Shown: positions 52,185 to 61,711 of the stretch, in pieces | Position numbering within the stretch: position 1 is the stretch's first letter | How the letters are laid out: each line of letters opens with the position of its first letter | NCBI GenBank assembly: GCA_963702475.1 | Contig: CAVPCT010000003.1 | Span: 288,001 to 352,000, forward strand | DNA length: 64,000 bases | DNA from: an uncultured Thermoleophilia bacterium | GTDB taxonomy: Bacteria > Actinomycetota > Thermoleophilia > UBA2241 | Reading direction: 5' to 3' | Translations under genes and position numbers: made by a program | Notes under the pieces: generated by a model | What the model saw: only the letters and a program-made list of their open reading frames with translations | Told to the model about the DNA's origin: nothing | The model's database searches: none

Positions 52185-53864
52185 ATGAGCAAGGAATCGA
52201 CGGCCGCGACGGCCGGCGCCGGTACGGCCGCCACGGCGGCCAAGGCGGGCGCCGGCCTCATCCTGTTCACGCTGGCCACCGGCCAGTTCCTCATGACCCT
52301 GGACACGTCGGTCATGAACGTGTCCATCGCCACGGTCGCCAGCGATCTCGGCACGACCGTGACGGGCGTGCAGACCGCCATCACCCTGTACACGCTGGTG
52401 ATGGCCAGCCTCATGGTGCTCGGCGGCAAGATCGGCACGATGATCGGCCGCAAGCGGGCCTTCGCCATCGGCTGCGTCATCTACGGCTGCGGCTCGATGA
52501 CCACCGCCCTCTCGCCCAACCTCACGATCCTCATCATCGGCTGGTCGTTCCTGGAGGGCATCGGCGCCATCCTCATCATGCCGGCCATCGTCGGGCTGGT
52601 GGCCGGCAACTTCCCGCCCGCGGGCAGGCCCAAGGCGTACGGCCTCATCGCCGCCGCCGGCGCCATCGCCGTCGCCGTCGGCCCCGTCATCGGCGGCTTC
52701 ATGACCACGTACTTCTCGTGGCGTTACGTGTTCGCCGGCGAGGTCATCATCGTCATCGCCATCCTCTTCCTGGCGCGACGCGCCGCGGACGAGCCGGCGG
52801 CCGCACGTCCGCACCTCGACCTCATCGGGGTCGTGGTGTCGTCGGCGGGCCTCGCCCTCCTCGTCCTCGGCGTGCTCAAGTCGTCCACGTGGGGCTGGAT
52901 CCTGCCCAACGAGGGCGCGTCCTCGCTCTTCGGCCTCTCGCTGACCCTGTGGTTCATCACCGCCGGGCTCTTCCTGCTGTGGCTGTTCCTGCGCTGGCAA
53001 CGCCGTCTGGAGAACGCCGGCAAGGAGCCGCTCATCGCGCCGGCGCTCTTCAAGCACAAGCAGCTCACCGGCGGCCTCGTCACCTTCCTCTTCCAGTTCC
53101 TCATCCAGGCCGGGGTGTTCTTCATCGTGCCGCTGTTCCTCTCGGTGGTGCTGGGCATGTCGCCGATGGCCACCGGCGTGCGCCTGCTGCCGCTGTCGCT
53201 GTCACTGCTCGTGGCTGCGGTGGGCATCCCGCGCCTGCTGCCGCACGCCAACCCGCGACGCGTCGTGCGCGTCGGCATGCTCGCCCTCGTCGCCGGCATC
53301 GTGGTGCTGATCGCCAGCCTCGAGGTGGGCGTCGACTCCTCCATCGTGTTCGCGCCGATGCTCATCATCGGCTTCGGCATCGGCGCTCTGGCCTCGCAGC
53401 TCGGCAACGTCACCGTGTCCTCCGTGCCGACCGAGAAGAGCGGCGAGGTGGGCGGCCTGCAGAACACCGCCAGCCAGCTGGGCGCGTCGTTCGGCACGGC
53501 GCTGGCGGGCTCGATCCTGATCGCCGCGCTCACGGCGTCGTTCCTCACCGGGATCGAGCAGAATCCCAGCATCCCGCAGAGCGTCAAGGACCAGGCCAAC
53601 GTCAACCTTGCCGCCGGCGCCCCGTTCATGTCGGAGGCAGACCTGGAGAAGCAGATGAAGGAGGCCGGCTACACGCAGGAGCAGATCGACGTCGCTGTGG
53701 AGCAGAACGAGGTCTCGCAGATCGACGGCCTGCGTGCGGCGCTCTCGATCCTCGGCATCATCGGCGTGATCGCGCTGTTCTTCACCGGCAGCATCCCGAA
53801 GCGGCAGCCGGGGTCCGGCCCGGAGCCGCCGCCGGGGGCTGAGGCGGCGCCCGCGGCGGGCTGA
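52185..53864 (+). CDS. MFS transporter (DHA2/EmrB-like)
   Basis: LDTSVMNVSI, GGKIGTMIGRKR, GPVIGG, SWRYVF. Confidence 0.9.
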   Translation: MSKESTAATAGAGTAATAAKAGAGLILFTLATGQFLMTLDTSVMNVSIATVASDLGTTVTGVQTAITLYTLVMASLMVLGGKIGTMIGRKRAFAIGCVIYGCGSMTTALSPNLTILIIGWSFLEGIGAILIMPAIVGLVAGNFPPAGRPKAYGLIAAAGAIAVAVGPVIGGFMTTYFSWRYVFAGEVIIVIAILFLARRAADEPAAARPHLDLIGVVVSSAGLALLVLGVLKSSTWGWILPNEGASSLFGLSLTLWFITAGLFLLWLFLRWQRRLENAGKEPLIAPALFKHKQLTGGLVTFLFQFLIQAGVFFIVPLFLSVVLGMSPMATGVRLLPLSLSLLVAAVGIPRLLPHANPRRVVRVGMLALVAGIVVLIASLEVGVDSSIVFAPMLIIGFGIGALASQLGNVTVSSVPTEKSGEVGGLQNTASQLGASFGTALAGSILIAALTASFLTGIEQNPSIPQSVKDQANVNLAAGAPFMSEADLEKQMKEAGYTQEQIDVAVEQNEVSQIDGLRAALSILGIIGVIALFFTGSIPKRQPGSGPEPPPGAEAAPAAG

Positions 53865-53873
53865 CCGGGCGCC

Positions 53874-53922
53874 GACGCGAAAGGGGGCGGAGGCGCCTTC
53901 GGCCTCCGCCCCCTTTCGCGTC
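53874..53922. terminator. Bidirectional terminator hairpin
   Basis: GACGCGAAAGGGGGCGGAGGC / GCCTCCGCCCCCTTTCGCGTC between convergent genes. Confidence 0.8.
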
Positions 53923-55740
53923 TCAGGCGCCGGCCGCCACCCGAGCGGGCCGGCTCGGGCGACTCAGGTCTTCTGCTCCGTCGTCGGGGCGTCGTCGCCG
54001 CCGTGGGTCTGTCTGCTCGCGCCCGTGCCGGCCGCCGGCTTCAGGCGCCGGCGGCAGAGGTCCGAGGGCCTCGACCGCTCGCACCGCCGCCTTCAGCGTC
54101 GGGTAGAAGTGGTCCCGGTCGAGTGTGTCGAAGAGGCCGTAGCTCAGCACGCGGTCCTGGAGCCGGTCGCGGAGCTCGGCGAACGCCAGGTGGACCCCCC
54201 GCGCGTTGAGCTCGTTGTCCAGCTGCTCGAGCATCCCGGCCGCGGTGACGTCGATGTCGGTGACCGCCTCGCACTGCAGGACGATCCAGGCGGGCGACTG
54301 CTCGCGGGCGAGGCGCCGGACCTGCTCACGGAAGATCCCGGAGTTGGCGAAGAAGAGCGGCGCCTCCCAGCGGTACACCACGATCCCCGGACGCTGGCGC
54401 GCGTCCGGATACTTGTCCACGCCGTGCCATCCGGGCAGCCCGTCGACCTGCCCGAGCACGGCCCCATGGGGCCACCAGTTGCGGCGGAAGAACATCAGGA
54501 CCGCGAGGATGACGGCGATGGCGATGCCCCACAGCACGCCGAAGAGGATGACGCCGACGGTGGCGACGAGAGAGAGCGCGAGGGCGCTCTTGCGGACGCG
54601 GAAGTAGCGGCCGAGGATGGCGAGGTCCATCAGCGAGACGGCGGCGAAGATCACGACCGCGGCGAGCGTGGTCTGCGGGAGGTCGGCCAGCAGCGAGGGG
54701 AAGAACAGCAGCATCAGGGCGACGAGGCCGGCGCCCACCAGGCCCGTGACCTGGCTCTTGGCGCCGGATTGTTCGGCCACCGCCGTGCGCGACCCGCTCG
54801 TCGACACCGCGAAGCCCTGGAAGAAGCCCGCGGCGATGTTGGCGGCGCCCATGCCGATCATCTCCTGGTCGGGGTCGACCTCGTCGCCGCGCCTGGCGGC
54901 GAAGCTCGTCGAGGTGGCGATGGTGTCGGTGAGAGAGACCAGGGTGATGCCGACGGCGGCGATGAGCAGAGGCCCCACGTCACTCCAGGTCGTGAAGGGG
55001 AAGGACGGCGTGGGGACGCCCTGCGGCAGGGAACCCACCGTCTTCACGCTCTGCTCGGCGAGCCCGAACACCGCCGACGCGACGGTGGCCCCGACGACCG
55101 CCACCAGCACGGACGGCACGCGGCGCGTGAGCAGCGGGAGCAGGAACAGGACCGCCAGGCACGCCAGCCCGACGGCGAGCGTGGTGGCGTCGGTCTGGTC
55201 GAGGCCGGCGAAGAAGGCCTGCACGTCGTCGATGAACGTGTCCGCGTCGGTCGAGAACCCGAACAGCTTGGGCAGCTGGCCGACGATGATGGTGACGGCC
55301 AGGCCGTTCATGTAGCCGACCTGTACCTCCTTGGAGAGCAGGTCGGCCACGAAGCCGAGCTTGCCGAGGCCCATACCGATCTCGATGAGGCCCACGAACA
55401 CGGCCATCATGCCGGCCAGGGCGATGGCGGTGGCCGGGTCGTCCGTCACCAGCAGCGGCACGATGGCGGCGAAGATCAGGGGCGAGACGGACGAGTCCGG
55501 CCCGAGCACCAGGATCCGCGACGGGCCGAAGATGGCGTACCCGATCAGGCAGGCGATGGTCGTGTAGAGGCCGGTGACGGGAGGCAGCCCGGCCAGCTCC
55601 GCGTAGGCCATCCCCTGCGGGACCAGGATGGCGGCCAGCACGATGCCGGCCACCAGGTCCTTGCGCAGCCAGCGCCGCTCGTAGGAGCGGACCGCTGCCA
55701 CGCCCGGCATCCACCGTGCGATCCCCTCGTGACGCGCCAT
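53923..55740 (-). CDS. SulP/SLC26 anion transporter with STAS domain (second copy)
   Basis: DLVAG, PQGMAYAELAGLPPVTGLY, GSRT, APLFFAN. Confidence 0.9.
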   Translation of the reverse strand: MARHEGIARWMPGVAAVRSYERRWLRKDLVAGIVLAAILVPQGMAYAELAGLPPVTGLYTTIACLIGYAIFGPSRILVLGPDSSVSPLIFAAIVPLLVTDDPATAIALAGMMAVFVGLIEIGMGLGKLGFVADLLSKEVQVGYMNGLAVTIIVGQLPKLFGFSTDADTFIDDVQAFFAGLDQTDATTLAVGLACLAVLFLLPLLTRRVPSVLVAVVGATVASAVFGLAEQSVKTVGSLPQGVPTPSFPFTTWSDVGPLLIAAVGITLVSLTDTIATSTSFAARRGDEVDPDQEMIGMGAANIAAGFFQGFAVSTSGSRTAVAEQSGAKSQVTGLVGAGLVALMLLFFPSLLADLPQTTLAAVVIFAAVSLMDLAILGRYFRVRKSALALSLVATVGVILFGVLWGIAIAVILAVLMFFRRNWWPHGAVLGQVDGLPGWHGVDKYPDARQRPGIVVYRWEAPLFFANSGIFREQVRRLAREQSPAWIVLQCEAVTDIDVTAAGMLEQLDNELNARGVHLAFAELRDRLQDRVLSYGLFDTLDRDHFYPTLKAAVRAVEALGPLPPAPEAGGRHGREQTDPRRRRRPDDGAEDLSRPSRPARVAAGA

Positions 55741-55769
55741 CGCTACCTGCCCTCCCGTCGGCGCGACGG

Positions 55770-56690
55770 TCAGGCGGGTCCGCCGAAGCGCTCGAGCAGC
55801 ACGCCGTGCCGAAGGCCGCGGTCGCTGACCGTCAGGTCGCTCTTCCTGAGTTTGTCCATCACCGTGCGCACGACGCAAGCGCCGGCGAGGATCACGTCGG
55901 CGCGCTTGGGCTGAAGACCGACGATCTGCCGGCGGGCTGCGACGTCGCGCGTCCGGAACAGGTCCAGCTGCCGGTCGACCTCGGCGCGGTCGAGCACTGC
56001 GCCCTGCACCGCATCGGGCTCGTAGTGCTCGAGGCCCAGCATGACCGCCGTCATGTTGGTGATCGCGCCGCCCATGCCGATGAGATGGCCGGGCGGCGGC
56101 TCGCCGTCGAGACGGGAGAACTCGCCGGCGATCGCGGCGAGCGCGTCGTCGAGCTGCTCCCGCGCGATGGTCCCGTCGAGCCCATGCTCGGCCGTGAGCC
56201 GCACAGCGCCGACGTTCAGGCTGTACTGCTCCTCGACGGCGCCGTCACGGCCGTACGTGAACTGGGTGCTGCCGCCGCCGGTGTCGAACACGACCACCCG
56301 GCCCTGGCCCAGGCTCAGGCCGGCTTGGGTCGCCAGGTAGGCGAGCCGGCCTTCCTCCGTGCCGGGGAGCACCTCGATGGAGATCCCACACCGTTCGCGC
56401 ACGTTCGCCATGAACGAGTCGCTGTTCCTCGCTGTGCGCATGCCCATGGTGCCGACCGCGACGAGCCCGGCGACGTCGTGCTGTCGGGCCTCCTCGACCA
56501 TGCCGCAGATAGCGTCTGCGGTGCGCGCGATGGCCTCAGGGGCGATCTCACCCGTCTCGGCGATGCCCTCGCCGAGACGGCTCACCTTCGCCCGGTCGAC
56601 GAGCGTGCTCCACGTGCCGTCGTCGTGCCGCTCGCCGACGTGGAACTTGACCGAGTTGGTGCCGACGTCGATGACCGCAAATGCCGTCAC
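55770..56690 (-). CDS. ppx: Ppx/GppA-family phosphatase
   Basis: IDVGTNS, RLGEG, EEGRL, DTGGGSTQ, RADVILAG, GLRHG. Confidence 0.85.
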   Translation of the reverse strand: MTAFAVIDVGTNSVKFHVGERHDDGTWSTLVDRAKVSRLGEGIAETGEIAPEAIARTADAICGMVEEARQHDVAGLVAVGTMGMRTARNSDSFMANVRERCGISIEVLPGTEEGRLAYLATQAGLSLGQGRVVVFDTGGGSTQFTYGRDGAVEEQYSLNVGAVRLTAEHGLDGTIAREQLDDALAAIAGEFSRLDGEPPPGHLIGMGGAITNMTAVMLGLEHYEPDAVQGAVLDRAEVDRQLDLFRTRDVAARRQIVGLQPKRADVILAGACVVRTVMDKLRKSDLTVSDRGLRHGVLLERFGGPA

Positions 56691-56699
56691 GTGACCACC

Positions 56700-57295
56700 T
56701 CAGTCCTGCATGCCGATGGCGGCCTTGAGCCACCTCGGGTAGCTGGTGTTGGGCCGGTCCAGGAGGCCGAGACCTCGCACCGTCGCGACCACCTGCGCGG
56801 CGTCGGTCGATTCGACGGCCAGCGTGCGCACCTGCCGTCCCTCCGCGGTGACGTCGGTGACCTCGACCATGCACCCGCCGATCGTGTAGTGACGGCGGTG
56901 CTTCCGGACGCGGAACCGCGCGCACGCCCCGGTCCGGTGCGGCGAGCAGCGCAAGGAGATCGTCGCGACGAGAGAGCGTCTGACTTGCGAGGCGGAGCGC
57001 TCACACCGAGGGCGGCGCAGACCTTGAGCGCTTCGCCGTGCGGCAGCGGGAACGACTCCTTGAGGGCCGGCCGCCACTGCTGGAGGCCGGCCTCGTCGAC
57101 GTGCTCGAGGACCTTGACGTCCATGAGGCCGGCGCGGATCTTGACGGCGGCTTCCGCCTCCGGCGATACCAGGTAGACCTCGTCGCTGTCGGCGACGAGG
57201 TCGGGCTCAGCGTCCGGGACAGACAACACCGCGTCCGCCGCCCCCGATGCCGAGCCGAACGTGCGCCACTCCCAGCGCGGGACGATCGTGCTCAT
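56700..57295 (-). CDS. CYTH-like protein, frameshifted near 56970
   Basis: PRWEWRTF, VKIRAGLMDVK, KHRRHY, LAVES, NTSYPR. Confidence 0.65.
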
Positions 57296-57346
57296 GCCGT
57301 TCTCCTGCTCAGAGGGATCGTGCGTGCGTGAGTCCTTCGAACATGA

Positions 57347-57414
57347 ACGCTATCGGGAGGGCGGAGACCTGTGACCTCGGAAATCTACGGGGCGCGCGCC
57401 CGCATGACTACGAG
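57347..57414 (-). promoter_or_regulatory. Regulon promoter P8 (CYTH-ppx-SulP)
   Basis: Boxes 57399-57414 (degenerate) and 57376-57391; GTCACA, 17 bp, TAGCGT. Confidence 0.75.
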
Positions 57415-57457
57415 GTCGCCGAGGCGTCGCGCGTGAAGGGCTGACGGGCGTGGCCGA

Positions 57458-57493
57458 GAAGGGGGCGGGGGCCGCATGGCCCCCGCCCCCTTC
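57458..57493 (-). terminator. Terminator hairpin
   Basis: GAAGGGGGCGGGGGCC-gcat-GGCCCCCGCCCCCTTC. Confidence 0.7.
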
Positions 57494-57532
57494 GTTGTCT
57501 CTCAGTCGCGGTGCAGGTCTGTGACCGCGGTC

Positions 57533-59647
57533 TCACTTGCCGCGCTTCCTTGCCGTCTTCTTCGGCTGCGCGAGCACGCCGAGGTGCTGTGGCGGACGCG
57601 GTCGGCTGCCGACGTCCACGCGGCCGCGGCCGAAAGCGTCCAGCTTGCCCCAGCGACCGGGGATGTCGAGTAGCTCCAGCCGGCCGATCCCCTGCGGCAG
57701 GGCCGGGTCCACGATGAGGTGATCACCGGTCGGTTCGAGCCCGAGCATCGTGCGGAGCAGGAGCAAGGGAGTGCCCGTGGACCACGCCTGCGGGCTGCAC
57801 GACGTGGGGTACTGCACCGGGTACTTGGTCAGTTCGCGCGGGTAACCGCCGAACGCCTCGGGCAGCCGCCCGTCGAAGAACTCGGCGGCGTCGAGAATAC
57901 CGGCGGCGATGCGCGCCGCCTCCTCGGCGAAGCCGTAGCGGCGCAGGCCCCAGGCGATGAACGAGTTGTCGAACGGCCAGATGGTGCCCACGTGGTAGCC
58001 GATCGGGTTGTAGCGACCCTGGCCCTCGGCGAACGTGCGCACCCCCCAGCCCGAGTACATCGCCGGCGACATGAGGTGTCTGACGATGGCCCTGGCCTTG
58101 GAGGCGTCGACGATGCCGCTCCACAGCAGGTGGCCGTTGTTGGAGGCCAGGCCGTCGACCTTGCTGCCGTCCGGCTCGAGGGCGATGGCGAAGTACTGGC
58201 CGTCCTCCACCCAGAAGTCACGGTTGAAGCGGCGCTTGAGTTCGGCGGCCTCCTTCTCGAGCCGGTCGCCGAAGCCGGGGTCCTTCCACACCAGGCGCGC
58301 GAGCCTGGCGGCGCGCATCTTGGCATCGTAGGCGTACCCCTGCAGCTCGCAGGTGGCGCGCGGAAAGCCCGGCAGCCGCCCGTCGCGGTACGAGATGGAG
58401 TCCCAGGAGTCCTTCCAGCACTGGTTCTCGAGCCCGGTCTTCTCGTTGCGCCGCTGGTAGGCGATGTAGCCGTTGCCCTGCAGGTCGGCATAGTCGTCGA
58501 TCCAGGCGAGCGCGGCCCGCGCCTCGCGCTCGAGGGCACGCACGAGCTTCGTGTCGCCGGTCCAGCGTTCGTACTCGTCGAGCAACACCAGGTACAGCGG
58601 TGTCGCGTCCACCGACCCGTAGTAGGGGGAGTGCGGCCGCTCCTCGAAGGCCGTCATCTCGCCGAAGCGCAGCTCGTGCAGGATGCGACCCGGGTCTTCG
58701 TCGCGGAAGTCGTCGCGGCGTGACCCCTGCCACAGGCCGAGAGCCGTCAGCGTGGTGCGCGCCAGGTCGGCGTTGAACGGCAGCGCCTGCAGGCTGGTGA
58801 AGATGCTGTCGCGCCCGAACATGGTCATGAACCAGGGGAGCCCGGCGGCCGGCAGGTAGTGGCCGGGCAGCATGACCGGCGAGAACCTGAGCGCCGCCAG
58901 GTCCACGAGCGAACGGTGATACGTACGCTTGAGCGGGTCCCAGTCGCAGTTCAGGGTGGGGGCGTCGTCGAGCCACTTCTTGAGGCCGGCCTCCATGACG
59001 GATTCGGCCTTGCGTCCAGGGGTCCCGCCGACCGCGGCACCGGCCGCCACGCCGCGGGGATCACGACCGAGCACGACGTTGAGCTCGGTCGTCCAGCGCC
59101 CGTGCGGCTCCACGCGGACGGCGAAGCTGAGGCCGTGTTCGTCCACCGAGCACGGCTCCGTGGCCGATACCCACGTCTCGCGCTGGTAGGTCTCGCGGCG
59201 GTAGCCGAGCACCAGGCTCTCGCCGTCGACGCTCGTGCAGTACTCGCCCTTCTTGGCGATGTCGTCCTTGACTTCGAACAAGTCGGCGAAGTCCGAGGCG
59301 GCCTCGATGCGCACCTCCAGGTCGACCGGCTTCTCGTCGTGATTGAGGATGGTGAGCTCCTCGCGGAAGCCGTTGCTGATGGCGCGCTGCCTGATGACGG
59401 ACAGCTTGGCGTCGATGTACACGGTCCCCGTTCCCGGGACGAGGAAGAAGCGCGTCTCGAAGTACTGCAGGTCGTCCACCGACAGCGGGTTCAGACGCTG
59501 GCCGTCGACCGTGAGGATCCAGCGTGAGAGGAACCTCGTGTCGAAGGAGAACAGGCCCGTCGGGTCGGTCAGCGACGCCTCGATGTCGCCGCGCTCGTCG
59601 CTGACCACGAAGGTGTTGCCGTTGAGGATCTTGACCGCGGGGCTCAT
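57533..59647 (-). CDS. Amylo-alpha-1,6-glucosidase / glycogen debranching enzyme family
   Basis: AAGLPWFMTMFGRDS, YYGSVDATPL, NQCWKDS, YHVGTIWPFDN, PQAWS. Confidence 0.9.
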   Translation of the reverse strand: MSPAVKILNGNTFVVSDERGDIEASLTDPTGLFSFDTRFLSRWILTVDGQRLNPLSVDDLQYFETRFFLVPGTGTVYIDAKLSVIRQRAISNGFREELTILNHDEKPVDLEVRIEAASDFADLFEVKDDIAKKGEYCTSVDGESLVLGYRRETYQRETWVSATEPCSVDEHGLSFAVRVEPHGRWTTELNVVLGRDPRGVAAGAAVGGTPGRKAESVMEAGLKKWLDDAPTLNCDWDPLKRTYHRSLVDLAALRFSPVMLPGHYLPAAGLPWFMTMFGRDSIFTSLQALPFNADLARTTLTALGLWQGSRRDDFRDEDPGRILHELRFGEMTAFEERPHSPYYGSVDATPLYLVLLDEYERWTGDTKLVRALEREARAALAWIDDYADLQGNGYIAYQRRNEKTGLENQCWKDSWDSISYRDGRLPGFPRATCELQGYAYDAKMRAARLARLVWKDPGFGDRLEKEAAELKRRFNRDFWVEDGQYFAIALEPDGSKVDGLASNNGHLLWSGIVDASKARAIVRHLMSPAMYSGWGVRTFAEGQGRYNPIGYHVGTIWPFDNSFIAWGLRRYGFAEEAARIAAGILDAAEFFDGRLPEAFGGYPRELTKYPVQYPTSCSPQAWSTGTPLLLLRTMLGLEPTGDHLIVDPALPQGIGRLELLDIPGRWGKLDAFGRGRVDVGSRPRPPQHLGVLAQPKKTARKRGK

Positions 59648-60024
59648 GACTGCCGCTCCGCGTAGCCGGCGGCCGGCAGACCTTCGGCGCCGGGCGAGCC
59701 CGGGAACAGGCGCTGCAGTGCCGTCAGCAGGACGATCTTGCCCTGCACATGGAGCGCGTCGCGCAGCAGGGCCGCCATGGCGTTGGCCCTGCCGCTCAGG
59801 ACGGCCTCGATCGTGGCCCGGTCGCCCGAGACCACGCAGTCAGGCTCGGCTCCCTCGCGATCCACGGCCACCATCCCCTTCTTCATGGTCACGTACCAGC
59901 GTTCGACTTCGTCGCCCTCACGCACGTCGAAGCGCACGACGCCGTCGAAGAGGGCCACGGGTCGCTCGTAGCAGCGTTCTGTGAGCGCCTCGAGAAGATT
60001 CGGGTCCAGGAGTGTCATGGTCAT
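59644..60024 (-). CDS. SCP2 sterol-binding domain protein
   Basis: GVVRFDV, PDCVVSGD, GRANAMAALLR. Confidence 0.7.
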   Translation of the reverse strand: MTMTLLDPNLLEALTERCYERPVALFDGVVRFDVREGDEVERWYVTMKKGMVAVDREGAEPDCVVSGDRATIEAVLSGRANAMAALLRDALHVQGKIVLLTALQRLFPGSPGAEGLPAAGYAERQS

Positions 60025-60032
60025 CGCCTCCC

Positions 60033-60800
60033 TCACAGACCTTGATTCCAGTGAGACATGCCGCCGTCCACGTAGTAGGTGCTGCCGGTGACGTAGGCGG
60101 CGTCGTCCGAGGCGAGAAAGGCGGCCACGGACGCGACCTCGTCGGGCTCGCCGAGTCGGCCGCTCGGGATGACCGCCTGCAGCTCGTGCAGCAGCTCTCC
60201 GTCCCCGAGCGTGCGCTTGTTGATGGGCGTGGCTATGGCGCCCGGGGCAATGTTGTTGACCGTGATGCCGTGGGGCGCCAGCTCCTGGCAGATGGTGCGG
60301 CTGAGCATGCGCATGCCGCCCTTCGACGCCGTGTACGTCGCGTAGTTCAAGAATGCCACGTCCTCGTGGATCGACGAAACGTTGACGATGCGCCCGCCGT
60401 GGCCGGCCTCGATCATGAGGCGGGCGGCGGCCTGCGCCGCGAAGAACGCGCCCTTGAGGTTCACGCCGAGCACCAGGTCGTAGTGCTGCTCGCTCACGTC
60501 CACGAACGGCTCGCGGACCTCCACCCCGGCGTTGTTGACGAGGATGTCGAGGCGGCCGAGGGCGGCGTGCGCATCGTGCACCAGGCCCGAGGCTTCCGCG
60601 ACCACGCCGACGTTGGCGCCGAGCACCACGGCCTTCCTGCCCAGCTGCTCGATCTGCGCCGCTACCGCCCGTGCTTCGTCCTCCTCCCTGTGGTAGTGGA
60701 CTGCCACATCGGCGCCTTCGCGCGCGAAGCGCAGGGCGATGGCCTCGCCGATGCCGCTCGAGCTGCCCGTCACGAGCGCTGCTTTGCCTCTGAGTCTCAT
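60033..60800 (-). CDS. SDR oxidoreductase (glucose 1-dehydrogenase-like)
   Basis: TGSSSGIG, NNAG, SSIHE, YTASKGG, IAPGAIATPIN. Confidence 0.9.
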   Translation of the reverse strand: MRLRGKAALVTGSSSGIGEAIALRFAREGADVAVHYHREEDEARAVAAQIEQLGRKAVVLGANVGVVAEASGLVHDAHAALGRLDILVNNAGVEVREPFVDVSEQHYDLVLGVNLKGAFFAAQAAARLMIEAGHGGRIVNVSSIHEDVAFLNYATYTASKGGMRMLSRTICQELAPHGITVNNIAPGAIATPINKRTLGDGELLHELQAVIPSGRLGEPDEVASVAAFLASDDAAYVTGSTYYVDGGMSHWNQGL

Positions 60801-60819
60801 GGAGTCTGCCTTTCTGTGG

Positions 60820-61704
60820 TCAACCAGCGAACGCGTCGGTGCGCAGGCCGGCGACGCCGACGTCCAGGCGCAGCAACGCGCCGGCCAGCGGCTGGCCGGC
60901 GCGTTCGGCGTCGCTGAGCCCCTCTCGGCGCGTGGTCACGTACAGGTCGCGCAGGGCATCGCCGCCGAAGCAGCAGCTCGTGACGCGCGACACCGGCAGG
61001 TCGACGACGCCGATGAGCTCGCCGTCGGGCGAGTACCGGTGGAGGCCCCAGCCCCCGTGGAGCGCGACCCACACGCAGCCCTCGGCGTCAACGGCGAGGC
61101 CGTCGGGGACGGCGCCCTCGACTTCGACGCGCGCGAAAGCCCGCCGGTTCTCGACGGTCCCCTCGGTGAGGTCGCAGTCGAACACGTCGACCTGCCGGGT
61201 CGGGCTGTCGATGAAGTAGAAGAGCCGGCCGGATGGACTCCAGCCGAGGCCGTTGGAGATGGTCGTGCCCGTGAGCACCTTGGTCACACTCAGGTCCGGG
61301 TCGACGCGGTAGAGGCCGGCCACGGGCGAGCACTCGTCGAGCGCCATCGTGCCCACCCAGAGGCGCCCGGCCGCGTCGCAGGCGCCGTCGTTGGTGCGCG
61401 TGTCGGTGCGGCCAGGCTCAAGGTGCGCGATCAGCGTGGACGGCCTGCCGTCGAGCAGGTGCAGGCCGTCCGGCAGGCCGATCACCACGCCGCCGCGCCG
61501 GCGGGGCAGCGCCAGGCTCACGAGCCCGTCGGCCTCCGTCTCGGTGTCGGTCCCGGTGGCGGGGTCGTAGCGGTGCACCCGCCGCCCCACGATGTCCACC
61601 CAGAGCAGGGTGCCGGTGGACTCGTCCCAGCGCGGCCCTTCTCCCAGCTGGGCGGCCGGCGGGACGGCGATGTCGAGCTCGCAGGCGATGCGACCCTCCG
61701 TCAT
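60820..61704 (-). CDS. SMP-30/gluconolactonase/LRE family protein
   Basis: LGEGPRWD, RTNDG, SNGLGWS, PDGLAVD, TSCCFGG. Confidence 0.9.
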   Translation of the reverse strand: MTEGRIACELDIAVPPAAQLGEGPRWDESTGTLLWVDIVGRRVHRYDPATGTDTETEADGLVSLALPRRRGGVVIGLPDGLHLLDGRPSTLIAHLEPGRTDTRTNDGACDAAGRLWVGTMALDECSPVAGLYRVDPDLSVTKVLTGTTISNGLGWSPSGRLFYFIDSPTRQVDVFDCDLTEGTVENRRAFARVEVEGAVPDGLAVDAEGCVWVALHGGWGLHRYSPDGELIGVVDLPVSRVTSCCFGGDALRDLYVTTRREGLSDAERAGQPLAGALLRLDVGVAGLRTDAFAG

Positions 61705-61711
61705 CCCCGCC

